Of a stretch of 64,000 nucleotides of DNA, positions 35,807 through 47,656 are shown in pieces. The position numbers were made by a program, and so were the translations under genes. The stretch covers positions 992,001-1,056,000 of the forward strand of contig JAUFOQ010000002.1 of the NCBI GenBank assembly GCA_040285855.1. The letters are read 5' to 3'. How positions within the stretch are numbered: position 1 is the first letter of the stretch; the number at the start of each line of letters is the position of its first letter. This DNA is from Eukaryota sp. GEM-RC1. Lineage: Eukaryota. The notes under the pieces were generated by a model, which was not told the DNA's origin, made no database searches, and saw only the letters and a list, made by a program, of their open reading frames with translations.

Positions 35807-36706
35807 ATGGTGCTTACTACACGGACTCTACCCTGGCTTGTCTCTGATTTTTCTCGTACTCCGATTGATCAAGATGCATTACCTTACCAAACCTATTCTA
35901 AACCAACTACAAGTTCTTCAGTTGTAACACCTAAACCTAAACAAATTCCAAATAAATCTACAGTGAAAAAGGTACCTAAACAACCAACAGTGAGAACTTC
36001 TTCTACATCCAGTACTGTACAAATTCAATCAATAAATCAGGCACCTAAGCCGAAACCAGTAAAGAAACAGACTAAGGTTCAGCCTATACCTTCCCTTCCA
36101 TTGTCAGTTGCCCCTACCACTTCAGCTGTTTCTACATCATCATCCATACCATCAACTTTTCCCCAACAACCCTCCGTCTCTTCTCCCCAATCTTCCCAAT
36201 CACTACCATTTTCTCCCCCTAAAGTGATCTTCTCTAAGCCTTCCACTAAACCCCCCTCTAAGCCATCTTCCCCACAGGTCTCTAAACAAGTTCCTTCTTC
36301 ATCTCGCCCTACCCAACCTTCTTCTAAGTCTTCCTCTAAACCAACAGGATCTTCTAAACCTCTACGTAATGTCGTTTTTGCTATCTCAGCCATTACCAAC
36401 CCCCAAAGAGCTGAACTCCGATCAAAAGCAATCAATCTAGGTGCTAAATACTCTCCTGATGTCACTTCCTCTGTCACCCACCTCGTGCTTCCAATAGCTA
36501 ACACCCCAAAGTACTTCGATGCCCAAGCTCTCAATGTTTTGTACTTTGTAACACCTGAGTGGATTGAAGCGTGTTTTGATGAGAAGAGACGTGTACCTGA
36601 GTTTGAGTTTAAACTTCCCACTGAGTCTGATGTGTCTTCAGACTCATCTGGTGACATGTCTGGTAGTGATCAAGATTCCTATGAAAGTGATTTCGTTGTT
36701 GATTGA
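35807..36706 (+). CDS. XRCC1: XRCC1-like single-BRCT protein
   Basis: VVFAISAITNPQRAELRSKAINLGAKY..THLV..ANTPKY..V.PEWIEAC resembles XRCC1 BRCT1; S/P/K-rich linker and acidic tail. Confidence 0.75.
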   Translation: MVLTTRTLPWLVSDFSRTPIDQDALPYQTYSKPTTSSSVVTPKPKQIPNKSTVKKVPKQPTVRTSSTSSTVQIQSINQAPKPKPVKKQTKVQPIPSLPLSVAPTTSAVSTSSSIPSTFPQQPSVSSPQSSQSLPFSPPKVIFSKPSTKPPSKPSSPQVSKQVPSSSRPTQPSSKSSSKPTGSSKPLRNVVFAISAITNPQRAELRSKAINLGAKYSPDVTSSVTHLVLPIANTPKYFDAQALNVLYFVTPEWIEACFDEKRRVPEFEFKLPTESDVSSDSSGDMSGSDQDSYESDFVVD

Positions 36707-36880
36707 TTTGGTTATTTTGATTTCTCTATTTTAAGTGCTTGTACACTACAAGTACTTGTTTAGTAATTGTAAAAGTTCTACTTTTGATTGGAGATGATGT
36801 GCCGATCCGTTGCTGTTCCATTGTTATGCGGTATGGGTTTAGTTGGAGATTGCCTCTTATGTAATTTAAATTCAAACAAA

Positions 36881-38245
36881 TTATTTGTATAAAAAGTATT
36901 TTTCGTGACTGTTTGCCCATTCGTCAACAAACTCAGATTGAACACTACAAAATTTTTCGAATTCCCTATCAAAATCACCTATTTTACACTGCTCAACAAA
37001 CAATCTGAATAAATCAGATCCGTAAATCAAATCTATCGCCATCCGATCAAAATCATACTCATAACCTTCCTCAGGAGTCCTCCAATCATTTCCCTCTTCC
37101 AACATCATCTTGGCAATCATTATCCAGCCAAGTTTAGCAGTGCAGGAAAGATTCACCTTGTTAATGTCTTTAATATAACCAATGATTCCTTCAAGACTTG
37201 TGTTAGTATGTTTGCTAAAGGTTGGGGTAAAAACATGGTGTTTGAAAGCAACATTCTCATCCACTGTATTTAAATATTTGACAATTTTAAATATTTTGGT
37301 TCGTTCCGTTGTAGACCCAACTAATTTAAAAGGGATAGTTGATCCCCGTCCTTCACTAATAGACGTAGCCTCCACTGCAACCGAATAAGGATAAAAGAAA
37401 CAGCACTCCCACGAAGGAAGATTCGGAGAGGGAATAGAATAAGGGAGTGTGGACAACAGAGAAAGAGGTGTGTTTCGAGAGAGGTTGTCTACGAGAATGG
37501 CTTTGTAAGTGAGGTTGCCAATGGGACAAGTTAAAATGTTGTTGTTGATGGAAAAGTTTAGGTTGTATTCAGCTGGGTGGATGGAAAACACATCACTGGA
37601 TGTTGAAAAGTACTGTTGGCAGAAGATGAATCCAATCTCAGCCATTGTGAGTCCATGTCTGAAACAAATAGGAAGCATTGAGACGAAGCTTCTGAATTCA
37701 GCTCTTGTGGGTTCCCCTTCGATTCTATCCCAATGTCCCGTAGCTTCATCCCGTGTACAAAGACCAATGGGATTGGGTCGATCTAAAACTAGAATGGAAA
37801 TTTGATGATCGCACTGTGATGCAACTTTGATGATGTTGATCAGTGATGCGAGATAAGTATAAACTCTAATTCCGACATCACAGAGATCGAAGATAATGGT
37901 ATCGATGTTACTCAACTGGTGAAGCTGGGGAGATCGAGTTTCAGAGTAAAGAGAATAGAGGGGTACTGAGAAGTCAGTGTTGTTTCGAGAGAAAGTATAG
38001 ACTGAATCTGATGTCTCTATCATGTTATCTTGTTCATTTTGGTAAAAGCCGTGTTGAGGACCAAATACACAGGAGACAGATGCTGATTCTAAATCTTCAC
38101 AAAGTCCAATGATCGTTTCAACAATGTTGTTGAATTGTGAAGTAATGGATGATTGGTTAGCCACAATCGCAATGTTACTGGAGTTTTGAAGTAGAGTAGG
38201 ATCATTGATAAGTCGATCAATACCAATGACGGGCAGAGGGGACAT
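36881..38245 (-). CDS. namZ: Exo-beta-N-acetylmuramidase NamZ / DUF1343 family protein
   Basis: FGPQHG, YSLY, FDL.DVG.R.YTY, VLDRPNPIG, RHGLTMAE, PSPNLP, SEGRGST.PF; intronless 454 aa. Confidence 0.88.
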   Translation of the reverse strand: MSPLPVIGIDRLINDPTLLQNSSNIAIVANQSSITSQFNNIVETIIGLCEDLESASVSCVFGPQHGFYQNEQDNMIETSDSVYTFSRNNTDFSVPLYSLYSETRSPQLHQLSNIDTIIFDLCDVGIRVYTYLASLINIIKVASQCDHQISILVLDRPNPIGLCTRDEATGHWDRIEGEPTRAEFRSFVSMLPICFRHGLTMAEIGFIFCQQYFSTSSDVFSIHPAEYNLNFSINNNILTCPIGNLTYKAILVDNLSRNTPLSLLSTLPYSIPSPNLPSWECCFFYPYSVAVEATSISEGRGSTIPFKLVGSTTERTKIFKIVKYLNTVDENVAFKHHVFTPTFSKHTNTSLEGIIGYIKDINKVNLSCTAKLGWIMIAKMMLEEGNDWRTPEEGYEYDFDRMAIDLIYGSDLFRLFVEQCKIGDFDREFEKFCSVQSEFVDEWANSHEKYFLYK

Positions 38246-40544
38246 CAGACTTTACTGTGTTGTGTTGATGCTTTTCCTTTTCGGTATTACTGACAAATTC
38301 TTCCTTCCTAATCATAACAATTCTATGTGTGGGTAGAGATCAAGATCAGACAGCTAACAGTTCCAGTTTGATTTCTGTATGATTGTAACACGTTGATACG
38401 CATCAGTCTGTTGTGACCGAATTTGTTACTGAACTGAGATTGTAGAGATTGCCTTTTATTTCTTCAAAACTTAACATTTTGTGACTCACTATATGATCGT
38501 TTCATCAGATAGTGTTGCAATCAGTTTTTCTATTGACGTCATCGTTGCCGATTTCAAACTGACATTGCTTTTTGAATTGAATTGAATTTTATTCAGGGAT
38601 CTCTACTTGATTGTGTTTAGATTGAATTTCAAACTGATTACTGTATGAAGAGAGAAATTCTGTCCATTTGTAATCAACACAACCTGTGTTTTAGTGTTGG
38701 ATTAACTTCTTCAGAAACTAAAACATTGATAGACCAATTTCAGTTCAATGTCTGGACTCTGATTACTCATTCGAACTACTTCATATTCAGTGGGTCTCAA
38801 TTTGATAAATACCCGTAATTTGATTTACTCTATTTTCTCACCATTCTCCCATGAAATTCCCAAACGGTCTCTCCGATTGATATGTGGGTTTTGATTATTC
38901 TGATGTCTTAATAGCCACGAACTCTTATCTTAACTCATGCCAGTACTTGGCCTAACGAAAAGTGATGTTGCTTTCTTCTACCATGAAAGCCAACTAACAT
39001 ACATGTAATCTTAACAAGTCAAAATACAATCTATTTCGTTTCTTAAAATTGCCAACACTATTCATCCTTATATTGACAACTTACCACATTCCACTATGTG
39101 GATCTGCCCTTTCTTCTATTGTTTTGAAGTGCTTCAGTGAGGCTTGCCCGAATTTTGCTCAAGAAAACGGTCGGTTTCTTGAGAAAAACATGAACACGAT
39201 GAAAGTCCTCGAAACACGTCCATTGTTTGGTAATGTTCGAATTCGTTTCTATTCTTTTACACCGTTATAATTTCCTGGAATAGAAATTGGACCATTAAAT
39301 CGTGTACTTCAATAGTTTCAGTTTCTAACAAACGATTGATTTCTGAGCTTTTCTAGTTCTTCAGGGAGTTTCGTTGACATTGCTTTGCACTGAGAACAAA
39401 GCTCTGACCACCTCCTTCACACAGAATCCCACCTTGGGTTTCCTGTTTTCGTGTCTTCGATACTAACAATCAAAAGAGCATATTCAATTGCTCGCTTTTC
39501 AGCAAGTTCATAGTTCTTCTTGCTGATATCGTTAGCATATACCTTTGTATATACCTTTGCATAGAAAGCAGTGACAAGTCTGTCACCCTTGGCCAACCAA
39601 TCTTTGAGTTTTGCTGGGTTCTCAGCCCAATTTTTGTTTTTCGGACTATTCGACGGTCAAGACAGATTCGGGATGGACAATTGTCTGAGTAGTGGCGGTG
39701 GTGTCATACAAGTTTTGTTTGAGAGTTGTGTTCAGATCTGAAGTGATAGATTCTATAGTGAAAGGAAATTATAACATCTTGGAAACGTTTGCTGGAGATT
39801 TGTTTTTCACCTTTTATACTGTATTAGGCTATAGTAGAGTAGACATTGTTTGTCTTCATCAGAAGAAGAGACTTTTCAAGATGACCATTAGAATCATAGT
39901 TGGGAAATCCAACACCTCTGGAAATACAATACACAAAAATCCAAAACAAGACCATCAAATTCATATGATTGTTTGAACAACAAACCTCATCTTGTGATGC
40001 TTATTCAACGACAACCGTTTTAAGAACACAATTATGAAACATTAGTATTCAGTAGATGAAGAAATCGTTTTAGATAGAGTGATTTGTTGATTCCATGCTG
40101 TCCAAGTTGTTTAGAGGCAACTACTTTTCGGAAGTAGGTAGTTCGTTTGTTAATTTTTTTAATAGTGTTAATTTGTTTGTTGTTTTCTTGTTGTCTGTTT
40201 TTCTCTGCACATAAATCCGTTTTTTGATTTGACGACACGTGTTGGGAAATCTCAAAAATACAATCCAAAAAGATACAAAAAAGATACAAAAAAATCACGT
40301 CGCATGTATTTGGTCACTGACATCATCATCAACATCAACATTATGCATTCAAGTTCGATAAGTAATGCAGCGATCACCACTGAACAAATGAAAAAAGGTC
40401 AATTGTTTTCCACAGCTACACTGGACATCATTTGACAAATTGTATGGCCGTAATAATCAGCGAAGTCTCATCGTGATAGTCCATTGATCATCATTATACG
40501 GTAAACCAGTGGTGGGAGAACAATATTGCAATAATTTATAATAG

Positions 40545-40845
40545 TCCTGCTGGTGATCAATTTTTTCAGGATTTCGAAGCACTGTGTAAAAAGAAGTGTA
40601 AGTTTAGAATGGCTGAATGGAAAAACCGTATAGGGTTTTCTATATATCGGAATTTGCCATTCTATCTCTCTCGATCAATTATGAAATTGTACAAGTTTGG
40701 TGTGAAGGTTAATGTTGAAAATCGTAATCTTTTACCGGGTGGTGATGAAGTCGTTTGGATTTAATCTCAGTATTTTTTGTTTGCTTTTACAATTTCATAG
40801 TTTTGTAGGAACGTTACCTTATTGAGTACCGAATAAAGTTTTACA
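40545..40845 (+). mobile_element. RLE non-LTR 3-prime fragment
   Basis: Inverted homolog of 45100-45400 (shared TTTTACCGGGTGGTGATGAAGTCGTTTGGATTT). Confidence 0.75.
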
Positions 40846-41544
40846 TATGATGCATTTAATTTACAATTTCTTTCATGTTTTTATTTTCTCAATTGATATG
40901 TTTTACGTGATTGTGACAAACAAACTCCCATTTCTGTGATTCATATAATTTGATTAGTCGAAAATCATTCAAAAATGGAACCAATGCAAATAAAGTTATT
41001 TTTGTTTTGTTTGTATCGACTAGTCGACACTTTTCGTTGATGCTACGGAGGATTTGATTCGTCGACGTTGTTGTCGACGGTGGTAGAGGTCCGTTGACAC
41101 CCGTCAATTGCCTGGTCTAATAGTTTGTTCTATGGCTGTTAAAAAGTTAAGATAAGATCATCGGAACTCGGGTCAGGTTCAGTCTCAGGTCAGTTCAAGA
41201 TACCTCAGATCCAGTCTTCTCTACTCAATGTCTGTAATCTAGTTCAAAATCATGATGGATTGTCCTCACCGATCTATTATTATGTATCAAAATGTTCTAT
41301 ACCAGGTAAAAATTCAGGGATGTGTGAATTATACAATCTCCTAGAGGTGCGAATGACACAGTTTACAAGTTTACGATGTTCAAGCTGAAAGGAACAAATT
41401 TTGTCCCCTTCAGTAGTTTCAAGAACTGGATAGTTTTCGTATAAAATTGTGTTAACAGAAGTGGAGTGACAAGGAACAACCGTAGTTAAGTCCATACCTA
41501 TTTCCTGAGAGGACAACCAAGGACCAATAAGATAGAATGAGGAA

Positions 41545-42659
41545 GGGGCCGTGTAAATCCACCATGTAAATCCACCATTTGATGGAAAAGTTCAGAATAA
41601 ATTGATTAATCTTCTTCTTTCTGGTCCACTTTTGACCTCTTCATACACAGCCTATATTGGACACGAACCTTAGTTAGCATCCCAGTTGCACATCTTCACC
41701 TAACCTATATCTTTCTTCCATCGATACTCCCTATACCTACTATATCCAGCACATTTTTGCTTCCTTTATTACAATGAAAGTACTCTACGTACAAAATAAA
41801 ACAGAAGCTATCTCTCTTCACATGTTGTTCGGTTATGTCCTGGTCGACCACACACACCACACTTTCTACGATTGCTCGCTTGTTGAGTAGCAATTTCAAA
41901 AGAACTGGGGTCTCTTTGAGTAGATGTTCTTTTGTTTCTGCTGCCTAAAGGTCTGCCTTTCCTCTTTCTTGTTTCTGCAGGAAGTGGTGGGAGAGAAAAC
42001 GTTGCTGCTGTTTGCAACGTTGCTCTGATCTTTCCTACTGCATAATCCTTTTGCTCCTGAGTAAGTTGGATTAAATCACCCATGACTTCGTACATGGACG
42101 TTCTTGGCTGTTGGACATGTTGAACTCTTTCTAGATATTCGTCATTTGCAGTTCTGCAAAGTTGCCACTGTGGATGAAAGTCTTCTCTAGTTAGTTGATC
42201 ATGGTTGAGCAGTTTACTGAGAGATGGAAGTCCTTTAGCTCTCACCTTATCTTCGTTTTCTTCTATAAAGTTTGGTCTATCAGTATCTTCTTCCTGAAAC
42301 AATTTCTCATGATACTGTAACAAACATTCAATGGCGTATTTTAAACATTAGGAGCGACTTCCTTTCTGCACCGATAGGTCCCAAAAGATTCACAAACAAG
42401 CTTAAAGTTCTTGTTGTGATTGGACTTGTTGACAACAAGAGAGTAACCGCTGTCAAAAGATTGTTGCAGCAAGTGAGACATAAGATCTTCACGTTGAGAA
42501 CTGGAGAACTGGGGAAGATCCATCTGTAGAAGATGTGCAGTGTGGTCTGTTGTTGTAATGATGCTCAGCAGTCCGAAGGTCAGAAAGAAGAAGATTAATC
42601 AATTTATTCTGAACTTTTCCATCAAATGGTGGATTTACATGGTGGATTTACACGGCCCC
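41545..42659 (-). mobile_element. Internally deleted MULE-like element
   Basis: Perfect 79-bp TIRs starting GGGGCCGTGTAAATCCACC, 8-bp TSD ATGAGGAA; retains a transposase N-terminal piece and C-terminal KGRP..RDPS plus CGVCGRPGHNRTTC knuckle. Confidence 0.88.
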
Positions 42660-42702
42660 ATGAGGAAATGGAAGGTTATCGTATTCAACAATTTTTGACC
42701 TG

Positions 42703-44177
42703 ATGCGTTCACTCGTTTTCATCGCTGTGTTACTTGTCTTTATTGGATGCTCTGCTGAACCATATGCTGGTGTACAATCTACTATTTCCAATCGTGGTGT
42801 TCAACATATCACTGATGTTGTGGTGGCGAACTTGCGTAAACAATTAACCAACGTTCGACTTCCAGATCAAAGCGGTAAAGCACCTACCCCTATTGGCGAT
42901 ATCAATTACGATTTGACTTCGATCGTCCTTTCCAACCCCAACTTTGGTGGAATTTCCATTCGAAATGACGCAGGAGGTATCCGTCTGGATATATCAAGCA
43001 TCAGCTGTCACATCCACTTAGGTTGGCACTATAGGTATGGTACAAAAGTCAACTAATCTCAGGTATAGTTTCCTCGTTGAAGATGAAGGTTCTGGTTTGT
43101 CACCATTTGAGATTAATTTTAGCTGATATTGATGTCACCGCCAACTTAGGTGTCTCTGCCGATATTGTTCCAAGTCCCACAGGTGGAGTCACAGCCACCC
43201 TCCGTAATCCCGCCGTTGGAATTACAGGCTTAAACATCAAGTTGCATGGAGGAGCCTCATGGCTGTACAATCTCTTTGTTGATAACTTTTCCAATGACAT
43301 TAAGAAGAGTGCTCAATCCGCTATACTCCATGCCATGACGACTACGCTTCAAGCTCTTATCAAGGAATCCCTTTCTGGTGTGGACCCAATTGTCCCCATT
43401 GATCAGTTTGCTGATCTTGATTTCCGTCTCAAGAAAACTGTTTTCTCTCCAAGTGGTTTTATTGCAAGTCATTTCAACGGTAATCTTCTCCAAAAGGGGT
43501 CTTTAGTACGTCCAGAATTTCCAAGTTATGTTATGCCTGACCAAATCAATGACCAGCACCTTCAACTATTCCTTGGTGAATACATTTTAAACAGCGCTGG
43601 TTATGTGTATCACGTTACTGGAGCTCTTAAAGAAACAGTCACTGATGCTGATATCCCAGAGTCTTCTTGGATTCATCTCAATACCCAATCATTCAAGTTT
43701 ATCATTCCATCCTTATACGCCAAATATCCAGATATGGCTATGGAGGCTGTTGTTGGCTCACGTGCACCATCTTCAGCAGTTATCAATTCCACTGGTATTA
43801 CTGTTAAAGTCCCTGTTGTTGCTAATGTCTCTGTCGTTCTCCCAGATCAAACTCGTCATGCCGTATTTAGTTTGGGAATCGATGTTGAAACCTCTGTGAA
43901 AGCTTGGGTAGATCAAGGTGTTCTTTTGAAAGGACAAATGAACATGTTGGGTTTCAAGTTTGGCGTCATTTCTTCAGAAATTGGAACATTTGATACTAAG
44001 GAATTGAACAAGGTAATCAATGATCTTTGTGTCTATGGAATTGTTCCCTTCTTGAACATTGCTCTGGAAAAGGGTGTTGAAATCCCTACGTCTAAAGGTG
44101 TTGTCATGCTTGCTCCTCAAATTCAGTATCAAAAGGGATTCATGGCCATCACTACTGATATAGATTACAGACCTTAA
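42703..44177 (+). CDS. BPI/LBP (TULIP) lipid-binding protein, secreted
   Basis: Signal peptide, GV..TISNRG, LPDQSG, GGASWLYNLF, EYILNSAGYVYH; introns 43035-43062 and 43095-43122 around a 32-nt exon. Confidence 0.88.
43035..43062 (+). other. 28-nt spliceosomal intron
   Basis: GTATGG...ACTAATCTCAG; restores frame. Confidence 0.85.
43095..43122 (+). other. 28-nt spliceosomal intron
   Basis: GTTTGT...ATTAATTTTAG; restores frame (EDEGSADIDV). Confidence 0.85.
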
Positions 44178-44239
44178 TTTTTTCAGTGTTTTATAAATCT
44201 CAATGGACAAAACAGTTTATTGATGGAGGGTACAAAAGT

Positions 44240-44900
44240 ACATATCATAATAAAAGCTATGAAACACTAGACACCGAAAATTCCTGGTCAACAGTACCAC
44301 AATTTTATACAACTTTGTGAAAATTGATTTATTAAAATTAGGCACTGAACGGAACAAAGAAAAAATCAAACGGTTATGCCAATTTGATAAGTAAAATCTC
44401 GTATTCTGAGACTTACACATAGATCCAAAATCAGTTCAAAACTTAGAAGCCATTTCACCAATACTACCAAAAATAGAAATAACAAATGGAACAAATATTA
44501 ATTTTGAATAAAAAATTTTGATTGAGTTTAGCAACAACTTTGGAATGCAAATCAATTTTACGTTTTTCAGCTGTTTCTAGGTGATTAAAACCTTTTGAAT
44601 TCAAGCCATTAACATAAGTTTGAGCACATGGATCAACTGTTGTAACATCAAGGATAATTTGACTAGAATCAACAAAAGGACCATGTAAGTCACCTCGACA
44701 AGAGTTATTAATTATATCAAGACCCAACTTACTAAATAAAGGTTCAACTTTGGCATGAAATCTATGAGCCTTAAACATTTCAAATGTAACATCTTACAGC
44801 ATTATGAAGAAGTGAGCGAAATTCAATAAATTTGGGGCAATTCATTACAAGTCTAAAAGTTGCAATGCGATGATGACTACAAACGCATTCAGAATTATCC
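44240..44900 (-). mobile_element. RLE non-LTR fragment, degenerate
   Basis: HNAV, VEPL, RGDL, ILDVTTVDP, AEKRK, WHNRLIFS. Confidence 0.75.
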
Positions 44901-45008
44901 AGCAATTCTAAATTCTTAGTGTTTTTGTTCTTTAAACTTTGCTAATTTTAAACAATTAACTGGTTTTTTCTTAAGCATATTAATTATTAATACTTCCATT
45001 ACCTAAAC

Positions 45009-45081
45009 CAGTGAACGCTAACACGTTCAAAAATCGAATCTAGCACGTGTTAACACGCGTGTTACGTGTTAGCGTTCACTG
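45009..45081. mobile_element. 73-bp hAT MITE
   Basis: 18-bp perfect TIRs CAGTGAACGCTAACACGT, TSD ACCTAAAC (45001-45008, 45082-45089). Confidence 0.93.
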
Positions 45082-45094
45082 ACCTAAACTACTT

Positions 45095-46490
45095 TGTATG
45101 GTAAACTTTATTCGGTACCCAATAAGGTAACCTTCCTACAAACTATGAAATTGTAAAAACAAACAAATAATACTAAGATGAAATCCAAACGACTTCATCA
45201 CCACCCGGTAAAAGATAACTTTTGTCAACATTAACCTTCACACCAAAGTTGTACAATTTCTCAATTAATCTAGAGAAATAGAAATGCATATTCCGATATA
45301 TGGAAAACACTAAACGGTTTTTCCATTTGAGCCATTCTAAACCTACGCTTCTTTTCTTCACACAATTCTTCGAAATCCTTGCAAAATTGATCACCAGCAG
45401 CACTAATAGATCCAATAATAGAAACAGCAAAAGGTTGAAACACAAATTTGGAATATGAGTTTCTATTTAATTCGTCTACTTCGGAGTCATACTTGGAGTG
45501 TTTTAGCTTTTCAGCAGCTGTTAACGGATTAAAAGAAGAATCTAATATCCTACTAACACAAGATTTGTTACAAACATCTACTATAGTAAAATCCAGCGTT
45601 ATGCCATAAGGCAATTTTTGACTGCCATACGGGCCATACGCGTATGGCCGTATGGCCGTATGGCTGATGGTTTGTCGGGCGTGTTTTTGAAGTGTTTTAA
45701 TGAGTCATGTGTTAACCCAACACCACATTGGACTTCACTTTTCTTCAACATCTAAATACGATACCTATTGATAACTCCGAGTCTTTTCAGGCAGAAGTCA
45801 TCAATTTACATTCTTTCATGATCATTTGTCTTGCTCTAACCCAATTTGAGCATCTCCAGATCTTAGCTACTGTACTAGAAACTGTTATTGAATGATATCG
45901 GATGATTGTATTACATTTGTAAGGATTAAGTTGTAACTTGTGAATATACTAGTAGAAGGATCACAGAAAATTAACCATCTTTATGGTAGAAAATGCCGTA
46001 TGGCACGTATGGTCGTATGGCATTATGGCATTATGGCCCATAATGGTGGTAAAATCCATTAATAATTGACTCGATTTAAGCCACGGAGTATGGAGATAAC
46101 CATTGTTTTGTCAGTAAATTCATTTTCTGAAAAGTGGTTCAAAACTGGTGCAACTGTAGAGTAAAAACCATGTGTTTTAAACATGGAATAACAAGAATCA
46201 CGCACACCATCATGAATTACTGCACGTAGATGAATAAAATAACGACAATTAATTAAATGACGAAAAACACCATTAGCTCCACAAGAGCAAGTTGAATAGT
46301 TTAATAAATTTGAAGGCCAAATAGCCAAACGAAGACGCATATTGATCATCCAGGCTTCATCAGATAGATGTAATACATACACCTCAGAAACTTGAGGAAT
46401 TTATCCAGAAGGTCCACTTTTACAAAGGTCACTTACAAAAGCAGCGAACTTTTTTAGAGTTCCTAGTTTTAGCCAAGCTCATTCGACCTC
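45095..46490 (-). mobile_element. RLE non-LTR 3-prime region (zinc knuckle plus endonuclease), interrupted
   Basis: MRLRL, CSCG..HLINC, HDGVRD, DFTIVD, AE.LK.SKY, F.PFAVS..G. Confidence 0.8.
45594..46048. mobile_element. hAT MITE inserted in the retroelement
   Basis: TSD GTAAAATC (45586-45593, 46049-46056), imperfect TIR CAGCGTTATG/CATAATGGTG, CCATA/TATGG repeats; removal rejoins QLLMDFT-IVDVC. Confidence 0.8.
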
Positions 46491-47004
46491 AAAAAGCGTA
46501 AATAAATTTTGAAGCAATATTGATGCAATATTGGAGAAACAATACCGTTTTCATACCCTTGAATTAATGTACATGTATATTTTTTTAAAAAAATAAGTGT
46601 CTAACTATTCCCCTTATATCATAGACTGCGTGGAAGAACATAACTAACTTACATCCACAAACTTCCTTGACAAACTGCTTTTAGGATACGATTGGAGAGT
46701 TACGAAATCTGATAGCCCATCTGGAAAGTCAACAAAGTGAAGCACTTTGATATTATTACTCAAAGGTCAGATTTGGAATATTATCGGACCATACTACAGT
46801 AACAAAAACTCCAAAGTTCTTCCAAATAAAGCGTAAAAACTAGACGCTTACTTCAGATGTTACATTTCACTAACTTTCCAGAACAAATTTTGTTCAATCA
46901 TTGCTTGTGATGTGAGGTTGTGACTCACAAAGGAAACCAAACAAAATGAAAAACTCCCATTATCGGATGAATTATAACAGAGAAATCGGTAGTAAACGCA
47001 TCAG

Positions 47005-47358
47005 TTTTTTCAGGGGAAAGAAGTAGATTTTGTATTTGTAAGTACAGTGAGATCCTATCAAGAAGGCAACATCACTCAAAGTCTAGGTTTTTTGACAGAT
47101 GAGCGAAGAATGAATGTTATGCTGACAAGAATCAGGTTTAGTAATTTTATATATGGACATGAAAAACTTTTACGAACAAATCTGCTTTGTGAATGTTTAG
47201 TGGATTACTATTCAGCTTATACTAACGATTACAAATCTGAATTAGACCAAATTCAACGTCGTCGGCAGACTGCACATGATTCGCAAGTATCAGATGAGAT
47301 TGTTGATATCAATGCTGAAGGTTTGGGGAAGTGTTCCCCAAATTTGGGGAAAATGTAG
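47005..47358 (+). pseudogene. Upf1-like SF1 helicase C-terminal fragment
   Basis: FQGKEVDFVFVSTVRS and GFLTDERRMNVMLTR (motifs V/VI); upstream part decayed. Confidence 0.7.
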
Positions 47359-47656
47359 CAGATCAGTAGTTCTTGTTGTGTTTTAATTTTTGGTTTTATA
47401 AATGGATTTAATCTTTGTATTGTTTGTTTGTTTTTGCACTTTTATAGTTGATTTGTCTTCAATGACTTGTACCCTAGATCAAGATTTTAGTGAGTGTTGA
47501 ATCAAAATATATTCTCTTCAACTTATTCTCGGTCGTCATTACAAATGTTGTATCACCAAATGTTGTCATAATAATGTCAAGTTGTGACACTGTAGACAAC
47601 ATCTATAAATAGTTGAAATCCTTTTGAACTGTATCATTTTCATGTCCCTTTGCTCT

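Noticed and set aside
36079..36657. 192-aa antisense ORF
   Set aside because: Shadow of the Ser/Pro-rich XRCC1-like gene.
39300..39650. Coding-like minus-strand stretch with an internal stop
   Set aside because: No recognisable family; cannot be supported as a gene.
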